Below, one piece after another: positions 12,601 to 21,663 of a stretch of 64,000 nucleotides of DNA. The stretch comes from Candidatus Eiseniibacteriota bacterium (GTDB taxonomy: Bacteria; Eisenbacteria; RBG-16-71-46). Below the pieces are notes generated by a model that did no database searches, was not told the origin of the DNA, and was given only the letters and a program-made list of their open reading frames with translations. The position numbers and the translations under genes were made by a program. Location: NCBI GenBank assembly GCA_038231135.1, contig JBBRLX010000020.1, forward strand, positions 9,548-73,547. Direction: 5' to 3'. Numbering within the stretch: position 1 is the first letter of the stretch; the number at the start of each line of letters is the position of its first letter.

Positions 12601-12635
12601 CCCCGGGGGCTGGCCGTGCGCATCCTGGTCGTTGA
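9606..12635 (+). CDS. RND efflux permease (AcrB/CusA superfamily)
   Basis: About 1009 aa; P.V.FP.I, NLMTLGG....GLV.DDAIV, FLP.MDEG and RLRPVLMTT motifs. Confidence 0.93.
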   Translation: MIRILEFIDRSRSAIIATLTLLFLGGVAGALRMPAAILPEVTFPRISVIADSGERPAEDMVRSVTRPIEEAVRRVPELVQVRSTTSRGSAEIHLDCDWRASMPRALQQVQAQIDAIRQRLPAGTTVEARLMSPVLFPVVGLSLTSKTRTPAELRDLAVMQIQPALTRLEGVADVVIQGGERPEARVTLDPHALEARHLDPARVAEVVQKATELQPVGLLPSNGEFYLALADARPANLAALRAVPVPVDSGAPVPLGSLGDVALAAIPEFTRYAAGPGPAVLVNILRKPSASTLGVSKGVHAWFAAHSTLVPADVRVETFYDQSDLVSASVGSVRDSLLVGALMAVIVVLLFLRSVRLGIAGAVVLPGAIGLTLAGLALTGQALNLMTLGGIAAAVGLVLDDAIVIVEHLAHRAVAGMTRAHIREATAEIVPILTGSSLCTLAIFVPFMYLDGVAGAFFRVLALSMALMLSSSWMLCVVVAPWFAVAGPAHAERTGRLARTLDRGLIPTLRWRWIAVAVPVLLLLCVIPLRATLGSGFLPEMDEGALILDFVAPAGMSAIETDRMLRRVEAGFADVPEIAAWSRRTGDQLGFFITESNNGDYVLRLKDKRQRSADAIADAIRGRIEATQPALEVEFGQLVEDVVGDLTTAPQPIEVRVLGEDRVVDEQRAQQVAHMLAAVRGVVDVRSGVVVSGPNVAIVPGAGARRNGIDAAMLASQVSPYVQGLDAGQITRGVRAWPIRIVLPSPPGSVGPLQLEDVRVPVGPGRWARLGELATVRVEPGETEIHRDNQRTLTAATARLSGRDLGSAMTEIQRRVAREIPLGPGMSVQYGGLWAEQQSSFRGLAIVLLGAVAAVMLVLIFSFRSWWRTGAVLLVAAASLMGVFVALHVGQATFNIMSFVGAIMVVGIVAENAYFLVAAFDAELARGELPRAAAAAAAHRRLRPVLMTTAAGIAALAPLALGAGSGSALLRPLALAVIGGFTNSAPLLLMVLPGLLAITPGAGRAHPGR

Positions 12636-13299
12636 AGACAGCGCGCCCACCCGGGACCTGCTGCAGCGCTCGCTGGAAGGCGCCGGGCACACGGTGACGC
12701 TCGCGTCGCGCAGCTCCAGCGGTTACAAGGCCGCGATGCGCGGCGACTTCGAAGTGCTGGTGATCGACATCATGCTGCCCGACGGCAACGGCCTCGAGCT
12801 GTGCCGGCGGCTCCGCCAGGATGGCGTCACGGCGCCCATTCTGTTCCTGAGCGCCCGCGGCGAGGTGTCGGACCGCATCGCGGGACTCGACGCCGGCGCC
12901 GACGACTATCTGCGCAAGCCATTCGCGCTCGCCGAGCTGCACGCCCGGGTGCGGGCGCTCGGCCGGCGGACCGGAACCGCGGCGCCGGCGCACCTGACGC
13001 GGGGCGGAGTGCGCATTGATTTCTCCGCGCGGCAGCTGGTGCGGGATGGCGATACGATCCCGCTCACGGCGCGCGAATGGGCGGTGCTCGAGGTGCTCGC
13101 GGCCCGCGCGGGGCGCGTGGTGCCGCGCGCCGATGTACTCGATGCCGCGTGGCCCGACGCCCGCAGCGACGCCTCGGAGAGCCTCGATGTGATCGTCAGC
13201 CGGCTGCGCCGCAAACTGGGCGCCGCGGGCGGCATGGAATGGATCCGCACGGTGCGCGGCGAGGGCTATGTGTTCGAGACCGGACCGGGCGGCGCATGA
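12616..13299 (+). CDS. OmpR-family response regulator
   Basis: RILVVED, DIMLPD, GADDY..KPF, winged-helix IRTVRG.GY. Confidence 0.95.
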   Translation: MRILVVEDSAPTRDLLQRSLEGAGHTVTLASRSSSGYKAAMRGDFEVLVIDIMLPDGNGLELCRRLRQDGVTAPILFLSARGEVSDRIAGLDAGADDYLRKPFALAELHARVRALGRRTGTAAPAHLTRGGVRIDFSARQLVRDGDTIPLTAREWAVLEVLAARAGRVVPRADVLDAAWPDARSDASESLDVIVSRLRRKLGAAGGMEWIRTVRGEGYVFETGPGGA

Positions 13300-14648
13300 G
13301 CGGGCCCTCGCTGGCATCGCGGCTCACGCTCGTCCAGCAGGCGACCACGCTGGCGGCGATCGTGGTATTCGCCGGATCGTCGCTGGCGCTCACGGCGCAC
13401 GTGCTGCGCACCCAGCAGGACGCGTTCCTGGTGGAAACGGCCCGGCGCATGGCTCACGCCTACGACGATGAGCTGATCGAGCAGCACGACCCGGTGCTGG
13501 CGGCTGCGGCGGTGGTGCGCGAGGACGCCACGCCCGGGGTCACGGTGCTGCTCACGGACGCCGCGGGCCGCACGCTCGGGAGTTTCGGCGCCAACGGATC
13601 CCGGCGGCATGCCGGATCCGTCGCCGAGAGCCCGCCGGGGCCGCGCGTCGCGATCGCGCACAGTGCCAGTGGCGCGATCGTTCGGGCGTCGATGAGCGAC
13701 GCGCTCTATCACGCCGGCATGACGGCGCTCGGCCGGTCGCTGCTGCTGGCGGCGCTGCCGCTGCTGCTGCTCAGCCTGCTGCTGGGGCAGTGGATCGCGC
13801 GACGCTCGCTGCGGCCGCTGTCGGCGATGGCCGCCCGCGCGGGCGGCATCGCGATCGACCGCGGCGAGCGATCGCTCGGGCCGCGCGCCGGGTTCGAGGA
13901 GATCGACCGGCTGTCGGGCGCGTTCGACCGGCTGCTCGCGCGCCTCGACGACGCGCTGCGAGCCGAGCGCCGGCTCACCGCCGACGCCTCGCACGAGCTG
14001 CGGACTCCGCTCACCGTGATTTCGGGCGAGCTCGAAATCGCGACCGAGCGTGCCGCGGCGGTTCACGATTCGCGGCTCGACGACAGCCTGCGCACCGCGT
14101 CGCGACAGGTCCGGGCGCTGCGCGAGCTGGTCGACGCGATCCTGCTGCTCCATCGCAGCGGCGACGTGACGGCGCTGCAGAATTCCCCGTTCGAACCGGT
14201 GAACCTGTCGGACCTGGTGCGGGAGGTGGTGACCGATTGCGGGCTGCGGCTGCCGGGCCGGGTGCGCGACCTCGCGGTCGAGGCTCCCGACGAGGTGCTC
14301 GTGGCCGGCCACGCCGGACTGCTGGAATCGGCGATCCGGAATCTCGTCGACAACGCGATTCAGTTCACCCGGCGCGGCGAGCCGGTGCGGATCCGGGTGA
14401 GTGCCGATGGCGCCGTCACCCGCGTGGTGACCGAGGATGGTGGACCCGGCCTGCCCCCCGGCGAGGAGCAGCGCATCTTCGATCCGTTCTATCGCGGCGC
14501 CGAGGCTCGCGCCGGCGCGGGCGGCTCCGGGCTCGGCCTGCCGATCCTGCGACGGGTGGCGCACGCCCACGGGGGAGACGTGGTGGCCGGCCGTTCCGAG
14601 CTGGGGGGCGCCCGGTTCGAGCTCACGCTGCCCGCACTGGGGGAGTGA
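13296..14648 (+). CDS. Sensor histidine kinase (2 TM, HAMP, HisKA, HATPase)
   Basis: ATGA overlap with the regulator; ASHELRTPL, NLVDNA, D.GPG, F.PFYRG and GSGLGL boxes. Confidence 0.94.
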   Translation: MSGPSLASRLTLVQQATTLAAIVVFAGSSLALTAHVLRTQQDAFLVETARRMAHAYDDELIEQHDPVLAAAAVVREDATPGVTVLLTDAAGRTLGSFGANGSRRHAGSVAESPPGPRVAIAHSASGAIVRASMSDALYHAGMTALGRSLLLAALPLLLLSLLLGQWIARRSLRPLSAMAARAGGIAIDRGERSLGPRAGFEEIDRLSGAFDRLLARLDDALRAERRLTADASHELRTPLTVISGELEIATERAAAVHDSRLDDSLRTASRQVRALRELVDAILLLHRSGDVTALQNSPFEPVNLSDLVREVVTDCGLRLPGRVRDLAVEAPDEVLVAGHAGLLESAIRNLVDNAIQFTRRGEPVRIRVSADGAVTRVVTEDGGPGLPPGEEQRIFDPFYRGAEARAGAGGSGLGLPILRRVAHAHGGDVVAGRSELGGARFELTLPALGE

Positions 14649-14736
14649 CCGGGTTTTGCTGGGAATCTTGGGCAAGTAACTGATATTGTGATAGTTGCCA
14701 CCCGCCTGGCGCTCTATCACCGGGGAACATGCGACT

Positions 14737-17277
14737 ATGAAAACGCGCGCAGCATGTTTGGCCGCGGCCGTCCTGCTTTGGAATTCCTCCGCCCAGGCGG
14801 CAGACGAGATTCACTGGACCATCACCGGTCCCAAATCGGTGACGTTCGACTGGCGGGGACCGGAGAGCTCGATCGAGTTCGGCCTCACACCGGCACTCGG
14901 CCGTTCGGTGACCGCCGTGACGCCCGATCCGTTGCCATTCTCCTCGGCCGGCCCGTTCTGGGAGGCCCGCCTCACGGGGCTCGAACCCGATACGCTGTAT
15001 CGCTGGTCCATCGGCGGCGGGGCCCAGCACACATTCCGCACCCCGCGTGGCCCGGGCAAGGCGAATTTCTCGGTGTATGCCGAGGCGGACATCGGCAGCA
15101 CGCTGAACTACTTCCGCGCCGGCGCGATCCAGAACATGATCGGCGCCGACCCGCCGGCATTCACGCTCATGATCGGCGACCTCACCTACGGCAACGCCAA
15201 GGGGGCCGCGGCGGTGGATCGGCATTTCAACGATGTGATGGCCTGGTCCCTGAATTCCGCCTACATGCCGGCGTGGGGCAATCACGAGTACGAAGCCGAC
15301 GCGTACGCCGACGACTTCCGAAACTACAAAGGCCGGTTCGACCTCCCGCATCCGCAGACTTCGCCCAATGCCCCGCAGCCGGGCGGGCTGGGGGAGGACT
15401 GGTCGTGGTTCGACTACGGGAACACCCGATTCATCGCGTATCCCGAGCCGTTCTCGGGAGCGATCGCCGACTGGTATCCCAGGGCCAGGGCGTTGATGGA
15501 CTCGGCCCAGGCGAATCCGCTGATCTCGTTCATCGTCACGTTCGGGCACCGGCCGGCCTATTCTTCGGGGCATCACCCCGGGAGCAACACGCTCAAGGGC
15601 TACCTCGACGCGCTGGGTGCGGCGCACAGCAAGTACGTGCTCAATCTCAACGGGCATTCACACGACTACGAACGCACCTACCCCCAGCACGGCGTGATCC
15701 ACATCACCGCGGGCGGCGGTGGCGGTGCCCTGGAAGAGGACCCGTCCGGCACGTGCCTGTGGCACGGCGGTTGTCCGGCGCCGGCGTACACCGCGTTCCG
15801 CGCCTACCACCACAGCGCGGTCAAGTTCATCGTGTCGTCCACCACACTCACCGTGCAGGCGATCTGCGGACCGGCGGGTGACACTGGCTCGAGCAAGAAC
15901 GACATCACCTGCAGTGAGGGCAGCATTTTCGACAGTACGACGATCGTCGTGAAGCCTCCCGACGGCATCATCGACACTCCGATCTCGAACCAGACGATCC
16001 TCGCCGGCCAGAGCATAAAATGGTCTGGCACCGGCATCGAGCACGACAACGACAACGATCCGCTGTACTTCACCTGGAACTTCGGCGGCGCCGCGGCGGA
16101 TTCGCACGTGGAGGATCCGGGGCCCGTGGTGTTCAACACCCCCGGCACGTACCTCGTCACGTTCACGGTTCGGGATTCGGAGGGTTTCCAGGATCCGACC
16201 CCCGACACGCGGGTGATCACCGTGTCGCCGGGTGGCGCGAACCAGACGCCCCGCGCGGTGCTCGACATGCTGCCCAACACCGGCAACGCGCCGCTCGTGA
16301 CGATGCTCGACGCCGGCGCATCGAGCGATCCCGATGGCAGCGTGGTGTCCTACGCGTTCGACTTCGGCGACGGCGTCACCGCCGGCCCGGATACCACGCG
16401 GCTGCGATCGCACACCTACGTCGCAGGCAGTTATACGGCGCGCCTGACGGTCAAGGACAACCGCGGCGGCAGCGCGACCGTGACCACGCCGGTCCTCGTG
16501 GCCGCCGTGCAGAGCGGGCCCAATCTCGCCGCCAACCCGTCGTTCGAGACCACTCTCGCCGGCTGGGCAGGCTATGCCGGCGCCACGCTCCAGCGTGTGG
16601 CGGGTGGATTCGACCACGCCTGGGCCGCCCGGGCGGCCGGGCCCCAGACCATGGCCGCGTTCGGCATCAACGACAGTCCGAACACGATCGCGCGGACCCC
16701 GGGGGCCCAGATGCGGTATCGCTTCACGGTCTGGGTGCGCTCGGACGCGGGCGGCGGGTCGGCCCGGCTCCAGGTGCGCGAGTTCAGCGGCAGCCTCAAG
16801 GTCGGCGCCACCACGCTGTCGCCGCCGCTGACGCTGACCCGGACCTGGCAGCCGGTGACGGCGGACTTCGTTTGCCAGCAGGCCGGCACCACGCTGGATC
16901 TGCAGATCCTCGACTATCCCGCGCTGCCCGGTGAGGCTTTCTTCGCGGACAACGTTTCCGTCCGAATCCAAAGTGCCACGACGAGCGTCGAACCAATGTC
17001 GAATGTCGGGTTGTCGGCGCGCATCGTTCCGAACCCCATACGGGGGCGCGGGGAGCTGGCGTTGGTGCTGCCGGACGCGGGTCCGGTCCGCATTCGCGTG
17101 GTCGATCTGACCGGCCGCCTGGTCCGCGTGCTGCTCGACGGACGGGTGCTGTCGGCCGGCGAACACCACATCCCGTTCGACGACGCACAGCGTCCGCCGC
17201 TTCGACAGGGTATTTATTACTGCCGCATCGAGACGGCCGCACAGGCGATCACACAGCGGTTCGCGATTCTCGAATGA
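14737..17277 (+). CDS. Secreted purple-acid-phosphatase-like metallophosphoesterase with two PKD domains, a CBM4/9-like domain and a C-terminal sorting-like domain
   Basis: Signal peptide; DIG, GDLTY, GNHE, GHRP and GHSH metal motifs; WNFGG and FDFGDG PKD motifs; NPSFE CBM-like start; PNP..D..GR..G.Y terminal domain. Confidence 0.88.
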   Translation: MKTRAACLAAAVLLWNSSAQAADEIHWTITGPKSVTFDWRGPESSIEFGLTPALGRSVTAVTPDPLPFSSAGPFWEARLTGLEPDTLYRWSIGGGAQHTFRTPRGPGKANFSVYAEADIGSTLNYFRAGAIQNMIGADPPAFTLMIGDLTYGNAKGAAAVDRHFNDVMAWSLNSAYMPAWGNHEYEADAYADDFRNYKGRFDLPHPQTSPNAPQPGGLGEDWSWFDYGNTRFIAYPEPFSGAIADWYPRARALMDSAQANPLISFIVTFGHRPAYSSGHHPGSNTLKGYLDALGAAHSKYVLNLNGHSHDYERTYPQHGVIHITAGGGGGALEEDPSGTCLWHGGCPAPAYTAFRAYHHSAVKFIVSSTTLTVQAICGPAGDTGSSKNDITCSEGSIFDSTTIVVKPPDGIIDTPISNQTILAGQSIKWSGTGIEHDNDNDPLYFTWNFGGAAADSHVEDPGPVVFNTPGTYLVTFTVRDSEGFQDPTPDTRVITVSPGGANQTPRAVLDMLPNTGNAPLVTMLDAGASSDPDGSVVSYAFDFGDGVTAGPDTTRLRSHTYVAGSYTARLTVKDNRGGSATVTTPVLVAAVQSGPNLAANPSFETTLAGWAGYAGATLQRVAGGFDHAWAARAAGPQTMAAFGINDSPNTIARTPGAQMRYRFTVWVRSDAGGGSARLQVREFSGSLKVGATTLSPPLTLTRTWQPVTADFVCQQAGTTLDLQILDYPALPGEAFFADNVSVRIQSATTSVEPMSNVGLSARIVPNPIRGRGELALVLPDAGPVRIRVVDLTGRLVRVLLDGRVLSAGEHHIPFDDAQRPPLRQGIYYCRIETAAQAITQRFAILE

Positions 17278-17296
17278 TCCCGGTCGGAGGTGCGCC

Positions 17297-17446
17297 ATGT
17301 TGTGGACGATCGCAGTGGTGCTGTTCGTGTTGTGGGCGCTGGGGTTCCTGGTGTTCCACGTGGCCGGCGGACTCATCCATCTGCTGGTGGTGTTCGCCAT
17401 CATCGTCGTGTTGTTCCGTGTGATCCGGGGCCGGCCCGCGGTCTGA
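17297..17446 (+). CDS. Small membrane protein, lmo0937/DUF5670-like (49 aa)
   Basis: Below the track cutoff. GGAGG RBS; MLWTIAVVLFVLWALGFLVFHVAGGLIHLLVVFAIIVVLFRVIRGRPAV. Confidence 0.88.
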   Translation: MLWTIAVVLFVLWALGFLVFHVAGGLIHLLVVFAIIVVLFRVIRGRPAV

Positions 17447-17498
17447 CGCCGCTGCCCCGCGATCCTGCCGTCCACGTTCCCACCCACCGGGAGGCCGC

Positions 17499-17981
17499 AT
17501 GCCCAGGACTGCCACGCCGTCCGATTCAAAAGTCACGCGCAGGCAGCTCATCGACGCGCTCAACGAGGACCTGAGCCGTGAGTACCAGGCGGTGATCGCC
17601 TACGTCGTGTATTCGCAGGTGATGAAGGGTGCCGAGTACATGAGCATCGCTGCGGAGCTCGAGAAGCACGCGCACGAGGAACTCGCGCACGCGCTGATCG
17701 TGGCGAAGCAGGTCGACTACCTGGGAGGCATGCCCAGTGTGACCCCCAAGCCGGTCAAGACCTCGACGAAGGCGCGGGACATGCTGAAGTTCGACCTCGA
17801 CAACGAGACCGAGACGATCCGCAACTACCGGCAGCGGGTCCGCCAGTGCGAAGCACTCGAGGAATACGCGATGGCCGAGGAGATCCGGACGATCCTGGTG
17901 CAGGAGCAGGAACACCAGATCGATCTGGCCACGGCGCTCGGCATCGACGTTCCCAACATGTCGAAGACCGGGAAGTCTTGA
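17499..17981 (+). CDS. Bacterioferritin-like ferritin-superfamily protein
   Basis: LN.DL..EY.A...Y, EE..HA, E...I..Y and E..H ferroxidase-type ligands; GGAGG RBS. Confidence 0.88.
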   Translation: MPRTATPSDSKVTRRQLIDALNEDLSREYQAVIAYVVYSQVMKGAEYMSIAAELEKHAHEELAHALIVAKQVDYLGGMPSVTPKPVKTSTKARDMLKFDLDNETETIRNYRQRVRQCEALEEYAMAEEIRTILVQEQEHQIDLATALGIDVPNMSKTGKS

Positions 17982-17989
17982 GGCCCTGA

Positions 17990-18021
17990 CGCCGCCCCGC
18001 GCCTGGCGCCGCGGGGCGGCG
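17990..18021. terminator. GC-rich hairpin between convergent genes
   Basis: 12-bp perfect arms CGCCGCCCCGCG / CGCGGGGCGGCG; no U-tract. Confidence 0.5.
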
Positions 18022-18030
18022 CGGGGGCGG

Positions 18031-19131
18031 TCAGCCCGCGAGCGTGGCGGACTCCGTATCGGGGATCACGTCCACGCCCGTGGCCTTGAACGAGGCGAAC
18101 ACGCGCATCCCGGGCCCGAGTCCGAGGGCGTCCGCGGCCTCGCGCGTCACCTCGGCCACGAGCGGCGGCTCGGTCGCAAGGCTCACCCGCAGCAGCTCGC
18201 CCGCGGGGGGCTCCGGAATCAGCTCGTCCACGACGCCGGCGAACACGTTGCGCGGGCTGCCGGCGGGAGGTTCGCGTGAGATCGAGATGTCGCGCGGCCG
18301 GACGATCAGCGTCACGGCGCCCGCCAGGTTCGCGTCCGGCACCAGCACCCGTCCGCCGCCCACCGCCACCGTCAGCAGCCCGCCCGCCATTCGATCCCCG
18401 ACCGCGCCGCGCAGGAAATTCACGCCGAGAAACTCGGCCACGTAGGCCGAGGCCGGCCGCCGCATGAGCTGCTCGGCGCTGCCGAGCTGGGTGAGGCGCC
18501 CGCGCTCGAGCACCGCGATCTCGCGGCCGAACGTGAGCGCCTCGGACGCGCTGTGCGTGACGTAGACCGTGTCGCACGCCAGCGTGCCCAGCAGTTCGCG
18601 CAGCTGTCCCCGCACCGCGCGACGAGTCTGGACGTCGAGCGCCGCCAGCGGTTCGTCGAGCAGCAGCAGCCGCGGCTCGAGCACCAGCGCGCGCGCGAGC
18701 GCCGTCCGCTGCTGCTGGCCGCCCGACAGCTCGTGCGGCCGGCGCCGCGACAGGCCGCCCAGCCCCAGCCGCTCCAACATCACGCCGACGCGTGCGCGCG
18801 CTACGCGATCCGGCACGCCCGTCGCCGCGAGCCCGAACGCGACGTTGTCGTGGACGTCGAGGTGCGGGAACAGCGCATGATCCTGCGGCACGTAGCCGAC
18901 CGGGCGTCCGGCCGCGGGAACGAAGATCCCGGCCTGGACGTCCGCCCACGCGATGCCGTCGGCCACGATGCGCCCGGCATCCGGCCGCGTCAGCCCCGCG
19001 AGCAGCCGCAGCAGCGTGGTCTTGCCGGAGCCGCTTTCGCCCACCACCGCGGTCACGGTCCGGTCGCGCACGGTGAACCCCGCCGCGAGCTCGAACTCGC
19101 CCTGCCGCCTAGCGACCTGGAAGTCCAGCAC
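18031..19131 (-). CDS. modC: Molybdate ABC transporter ATP-binding subunit with TOBE domains
   Basis: GESGSGKTT, LSGGQQQR, LLLLDEP; C-terminal TOBE (S.RN...G.V; LGL.PG..V.A.FKA). Confidence 0.85.
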   Translation of the reverse strand: MLDFQVARRQGEFELAAGFTVRDRTVTAVVGESGSGKTTLLRLLAGLTRPDAGRIVADGIAWADVQAGIFVPAAGRPVGYVPQDHALFPHLDVHDNVAFGLAATGVPDRVARARVGVMLERLGLGGLSRRRPHELSGGQQQRTALARALVLEPRLLLLDEPLAALDVQTRRAVRGQLRELLGTLACDTVYVTHSASEALTFGREIAVLERGRLTQLGSAEQLMRRPASAYVAEFLGVNFLRGAVGDRMAGGLLTVAVGGGRVLVPDANLAGAVTLIVRPRDISISREPPAGSPRNVFAGVVDELIPEPPAGELLRVSLATEPPLVAEVTREAADALGLGPGMRVFASFKATGVDVIPDTESATLAG

Positions 19132-19954
19132 GCGATCGGTTTCCGAGCCACCCGGTGGGCGCGGCCTTGAGTCCCCACAGCAATCCGAACGACATCACCA
19201 GCAGCAGGATCGACAGCACCACGGCCGCGTCGAGATCGGTCTGCTGCGCGACGTACACCGCGAGCGGCATGGTCTGGGTGGTGCCCGGCAGGTTGCCCGC
19301 GAACGTGATCGTCGCCCCGAATTCGCCGAGCGCGCGCGCACAGCACATGGCCGCCCCCGCGACCAGCGACGGCCGCGCGAGCGGCAGCACCACGCGCGTG
19401 AACGCGAAGCCTTCCGACGCCCGCAGCGTCGCGGCGACGTCGAGCAGCCGGGGGTCGATGCCCGCGAACGCCACGCGCGCCGGCGCCACGAAGAACGGCG
19501 CGCCCATGAACACCTGGGCCGTCACCACCGCGGCGGTCGTGAACGGCAACTGGATGCCCAGCGCTTTGAGCGCGCCGCCGGCGAGGCCCGCGCGGCCGAA
19601 CGCCATCAGCAGCGCGAACCCGGCGACCGTCGGCGGCAGCACCATCGGCAGGTCGCACAGCGTCTCGAGCAGCCGGCGGCCGCGGAATTCGCGGGTGGCG
19701 AGCAGGTAGGCTGCCGGCGTGCCGATCGCGATGACGATCGCGGTCGCGACGAGGCTGGTGACGAGGCTGAGCCGCAACGCACCGGTGACGACCGGGTCCC
19801 GGAGCCGGGCGACCACCGCAGTCGGGGACACGCGCAGCAGCAACGCCACGAACGGCAGCACGATGAACACGGCGAGCACGGCGGTGCCGGCGATCATCAC
19901 GGCCTGCAGCGCGGCGTGGCGCGGTGCGCGCCGGTGCTCCCGTGCGCGCGTCAC
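19109..19954 (-). CDS. modB: Molybdate ABC transporter permease
   Basis: DLP.VLPPTVAG.ALL, ARALGEFGAT..FAGN.PG.TQT.PL. Confidence 0.92.
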   Translation of the reverse strand: MTRAREHRRAPRHAALQAVMIAGTAVLAVFIVLPFVALLLRVSPTAVVARLRDPVVTGALRLSLVTSLVATAIVIAIGTPAAYLLATREFRGRRLLETLCDLPMVLPPTVAGFALLMAFGRAGLAGGALKALGIQLPFTTAAVVTAQVFMGAPFFVAPARVAFAGIDPRLLDVAATLRASEGFAFTRVVLPLARPSLVAGAAMCCARALGEFGATITFAGNLPGTTQTMPLAVYVAQQTDLDAAVVLSILLLVMSFGLLWGLKAAPTGWLGNRSRAGLPGR

Positions 19955-20493
19955 CGGGTCGCCGGCGTCGCGGCCGGCACGAGCCGGAACCGCGCGAGCA
20001 CCCTCCGGCCCGCCGCCGACATGACGAGTTCCTCGAACGCCCGGGCGCCATCGGCCTCCGCCGCGTCGCGCAGCACCGCCATCGAGTACCCGCCGTCCCG
20101 CTGCCCCAAGCCGTTCCGCGCGAACGCGATCGGGCGTGCGCCGAGCCGTCCGAGTGCGGCGGCGTGCTGCATCGTACGCGCGTCGGCCGCGGCCAGCAGG
20201 TCGGGCCGCGCGCCGAGTTCGAGCCGGCTCACCAGCTGCTGCGTGTCCCCGAAGCTGAACCGCACGCGCAGACCGGGCCGCCGGCGTTCGAGCGTGCGCC
20301 CCAGTTCACCGAACGCCCCCGACAGCGATGCCGTGGCGAACACGGTCACGATGCGCATGGAGGAGTCGGAGGCGGAGGGTGTGCCGGCATGCATGAGCAG
20401 CATCACGAGCGCCATCACCAGCAGCGCACGACCCGGGGCGCGCGGGCGCGGCCGGCCTGGCGGGACGGCGTGCGGGTGGGCAACGCTTCGCAT
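19951..20493 (-). CDS. modA: ModA-like binding protein with an in-frame loss of its second lobe (possible pseudogene)
   Basis: AGGAGG RBS; V.VFA.ASL..AF, G...L...LE.GA..D and FARN motifs, then directly the C-terminal Y..AVL...A.AF...V.S..G..VL..F segment; only 180 aa. Confidence 0.7.
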   Translation of the reverse strand: MRSVAHPHAVPPGRPRPRAPGRALLVMALVMLLMHAGTPSASDSSMRIVTVFATASLSGAFGELGRTLERRRPGLRVRFSFGDTQQLVSRLELGARPDLLAAADARTMQHAAALGRLGARPIAFARNGLGQRDGGYSMAVLRDAAEADGARAFEELVMSAAGRRVLARFRLVPAATPATR

Positions 20494-20754
20494 GACACCT
20501 CCTGTGCGGGGGCCTGTTGCCGGGCGCTCGCGGGCAGTACCCACGGGTCACGTCGTGTTCGATGCTCCAGTTTGTGGTACTCAGCGTCGTCGCGCAATGG
20601 GACGGGCGCGCCCGCCGGGTCGGGTGCGGCCGGTGGGATTGCCCGCCGCGGTGCATGGCCCTAGGATTCGCGGAGTCTCGCGGATGCCGCGATGGTGCCG
20701 CCGCCTCGTCAGCGGCTCCGGACGCGCGGTGCGACACGCCAGGAGGACGGACCG

Positions 20755-21663
20755 ATGGGCCGCTTCGACAACCTGCGGGAGATCGAACGACTCGATCCCG
20801 AGCGCGACCACCAGCGGATCATGCATCTGTCGTTCGGCTACGAGTTCAGCTGGGATTCGGTGCGGGCGCTCGAAGTCGCGTTGTACCGGTCCTATTGCAT
20901 TCCCAGCATCTCGGCGCTGCTCGACCGCACCGGCGAGTTCCAGAACCACACGCAGCGGCGCTACGATGATACCGCGATCCTGATCGCCGAATTGTGCGAG
21001 TGGGGCTACGAGACCGGGCGCGGACGTGACGCCCTCGACCGGGTGAACTGGGCGCACGGGCACTACAAGATCGCGAACGACGACTTCCTGTACGTGCTGT
21101 CGACGTTCATCTTCGAGCCGATCCGGTGGATCGACACATTCTGCTGGCGCCGGTTGTCATCGAACGAGCGGCTGGCGTTCTACTGGTTCTGGCGCGGGGT
21201 TGGCACGCGGATGGGCATCCACGACATACCGGAATCGTACGAGGCGTTCGAACGCTGGACGGCGGACTACGAGGCCCGGCGACGGGTGTTCGCCGAGACG
21301 AATCACCGCGTCGGGTCCGCGACCCGGGATCTGTTCGCGTCCTGGTATCCACGTATCGTGACGCCGGTCGTGCGCTACGGCATCTATGCGCTGCTCGACG
21401 ACGCGATGCTCCAGGCGTTCGGTTTCCCAAAGCCGCTGCCGTTCACGCGGCCGATGCTGCGCGCCGCGCTCAAATTGCGTGGCCGGGTGGTGCGGTGGCT
21501 GCCGCCGCGCCGCGAGCCGCAGTTTTTCACGGATGGCCGCAATCGGACGCATCCCGGGGGCTACGACATCAAAGGTCTCGGACCCACGGCGTTGATCGAG
21601 CAGGAGCGCTGCGGCCGGCCGGCCGGCGGTGGCGACACCGCGGCGCGCGGGGAGGCGCCATGA
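20755..21663 (+). CDS. DUF2236 / MpaB-like (Lcp-related) oxygenase family protein
   Basis: AGGAGG RBS; P.IS.LL..TGEF.....RYDDT, R.N..H..Y.I.NDD..YVLS.F and G.RMGI.DIP motifs. Confidence 0.85.
   Translation: MGRFDNLREIERLDPERDHQRIMHLSFGYEFSWDSVRALEVALYRSYCIPSISALLDRTGEFQNHTQRRYDDTAILIAELCEWGYETGRGRDALDRVNWAHGHYKIANDDFLYVLSTFIFEPIRWIDTFCWRRLSSNERLAFYWFWRGVGTRMGIHDIPESYEAFERWTADYEARRRVFAETNHRVGSATRDLFASWYPRIVTPVVRYGIYALLDDAMLQAFGFPKPLPFTRPMLRAALKLRGRVVRWLPPRREPQFFTDGRNRTHPGGYDIKGLGPTALIEQERCGRPAGGGDTAARGEAP

Noticed and set aside
17499..17981. Encapsulin cargo ferritin-like protein
   Set aside because: No cargo-loading peptide of the LxVGSL type and no encapsulin gene nearby.
20494..20690. Possible Moco riboswitch upstream of modA
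   Set aside because: Only a loose ACTCCG..CCTAG resemblance; the GAAA tetraloop stem and CCTCCCG..GAAAGG 3' part are not recognisable.
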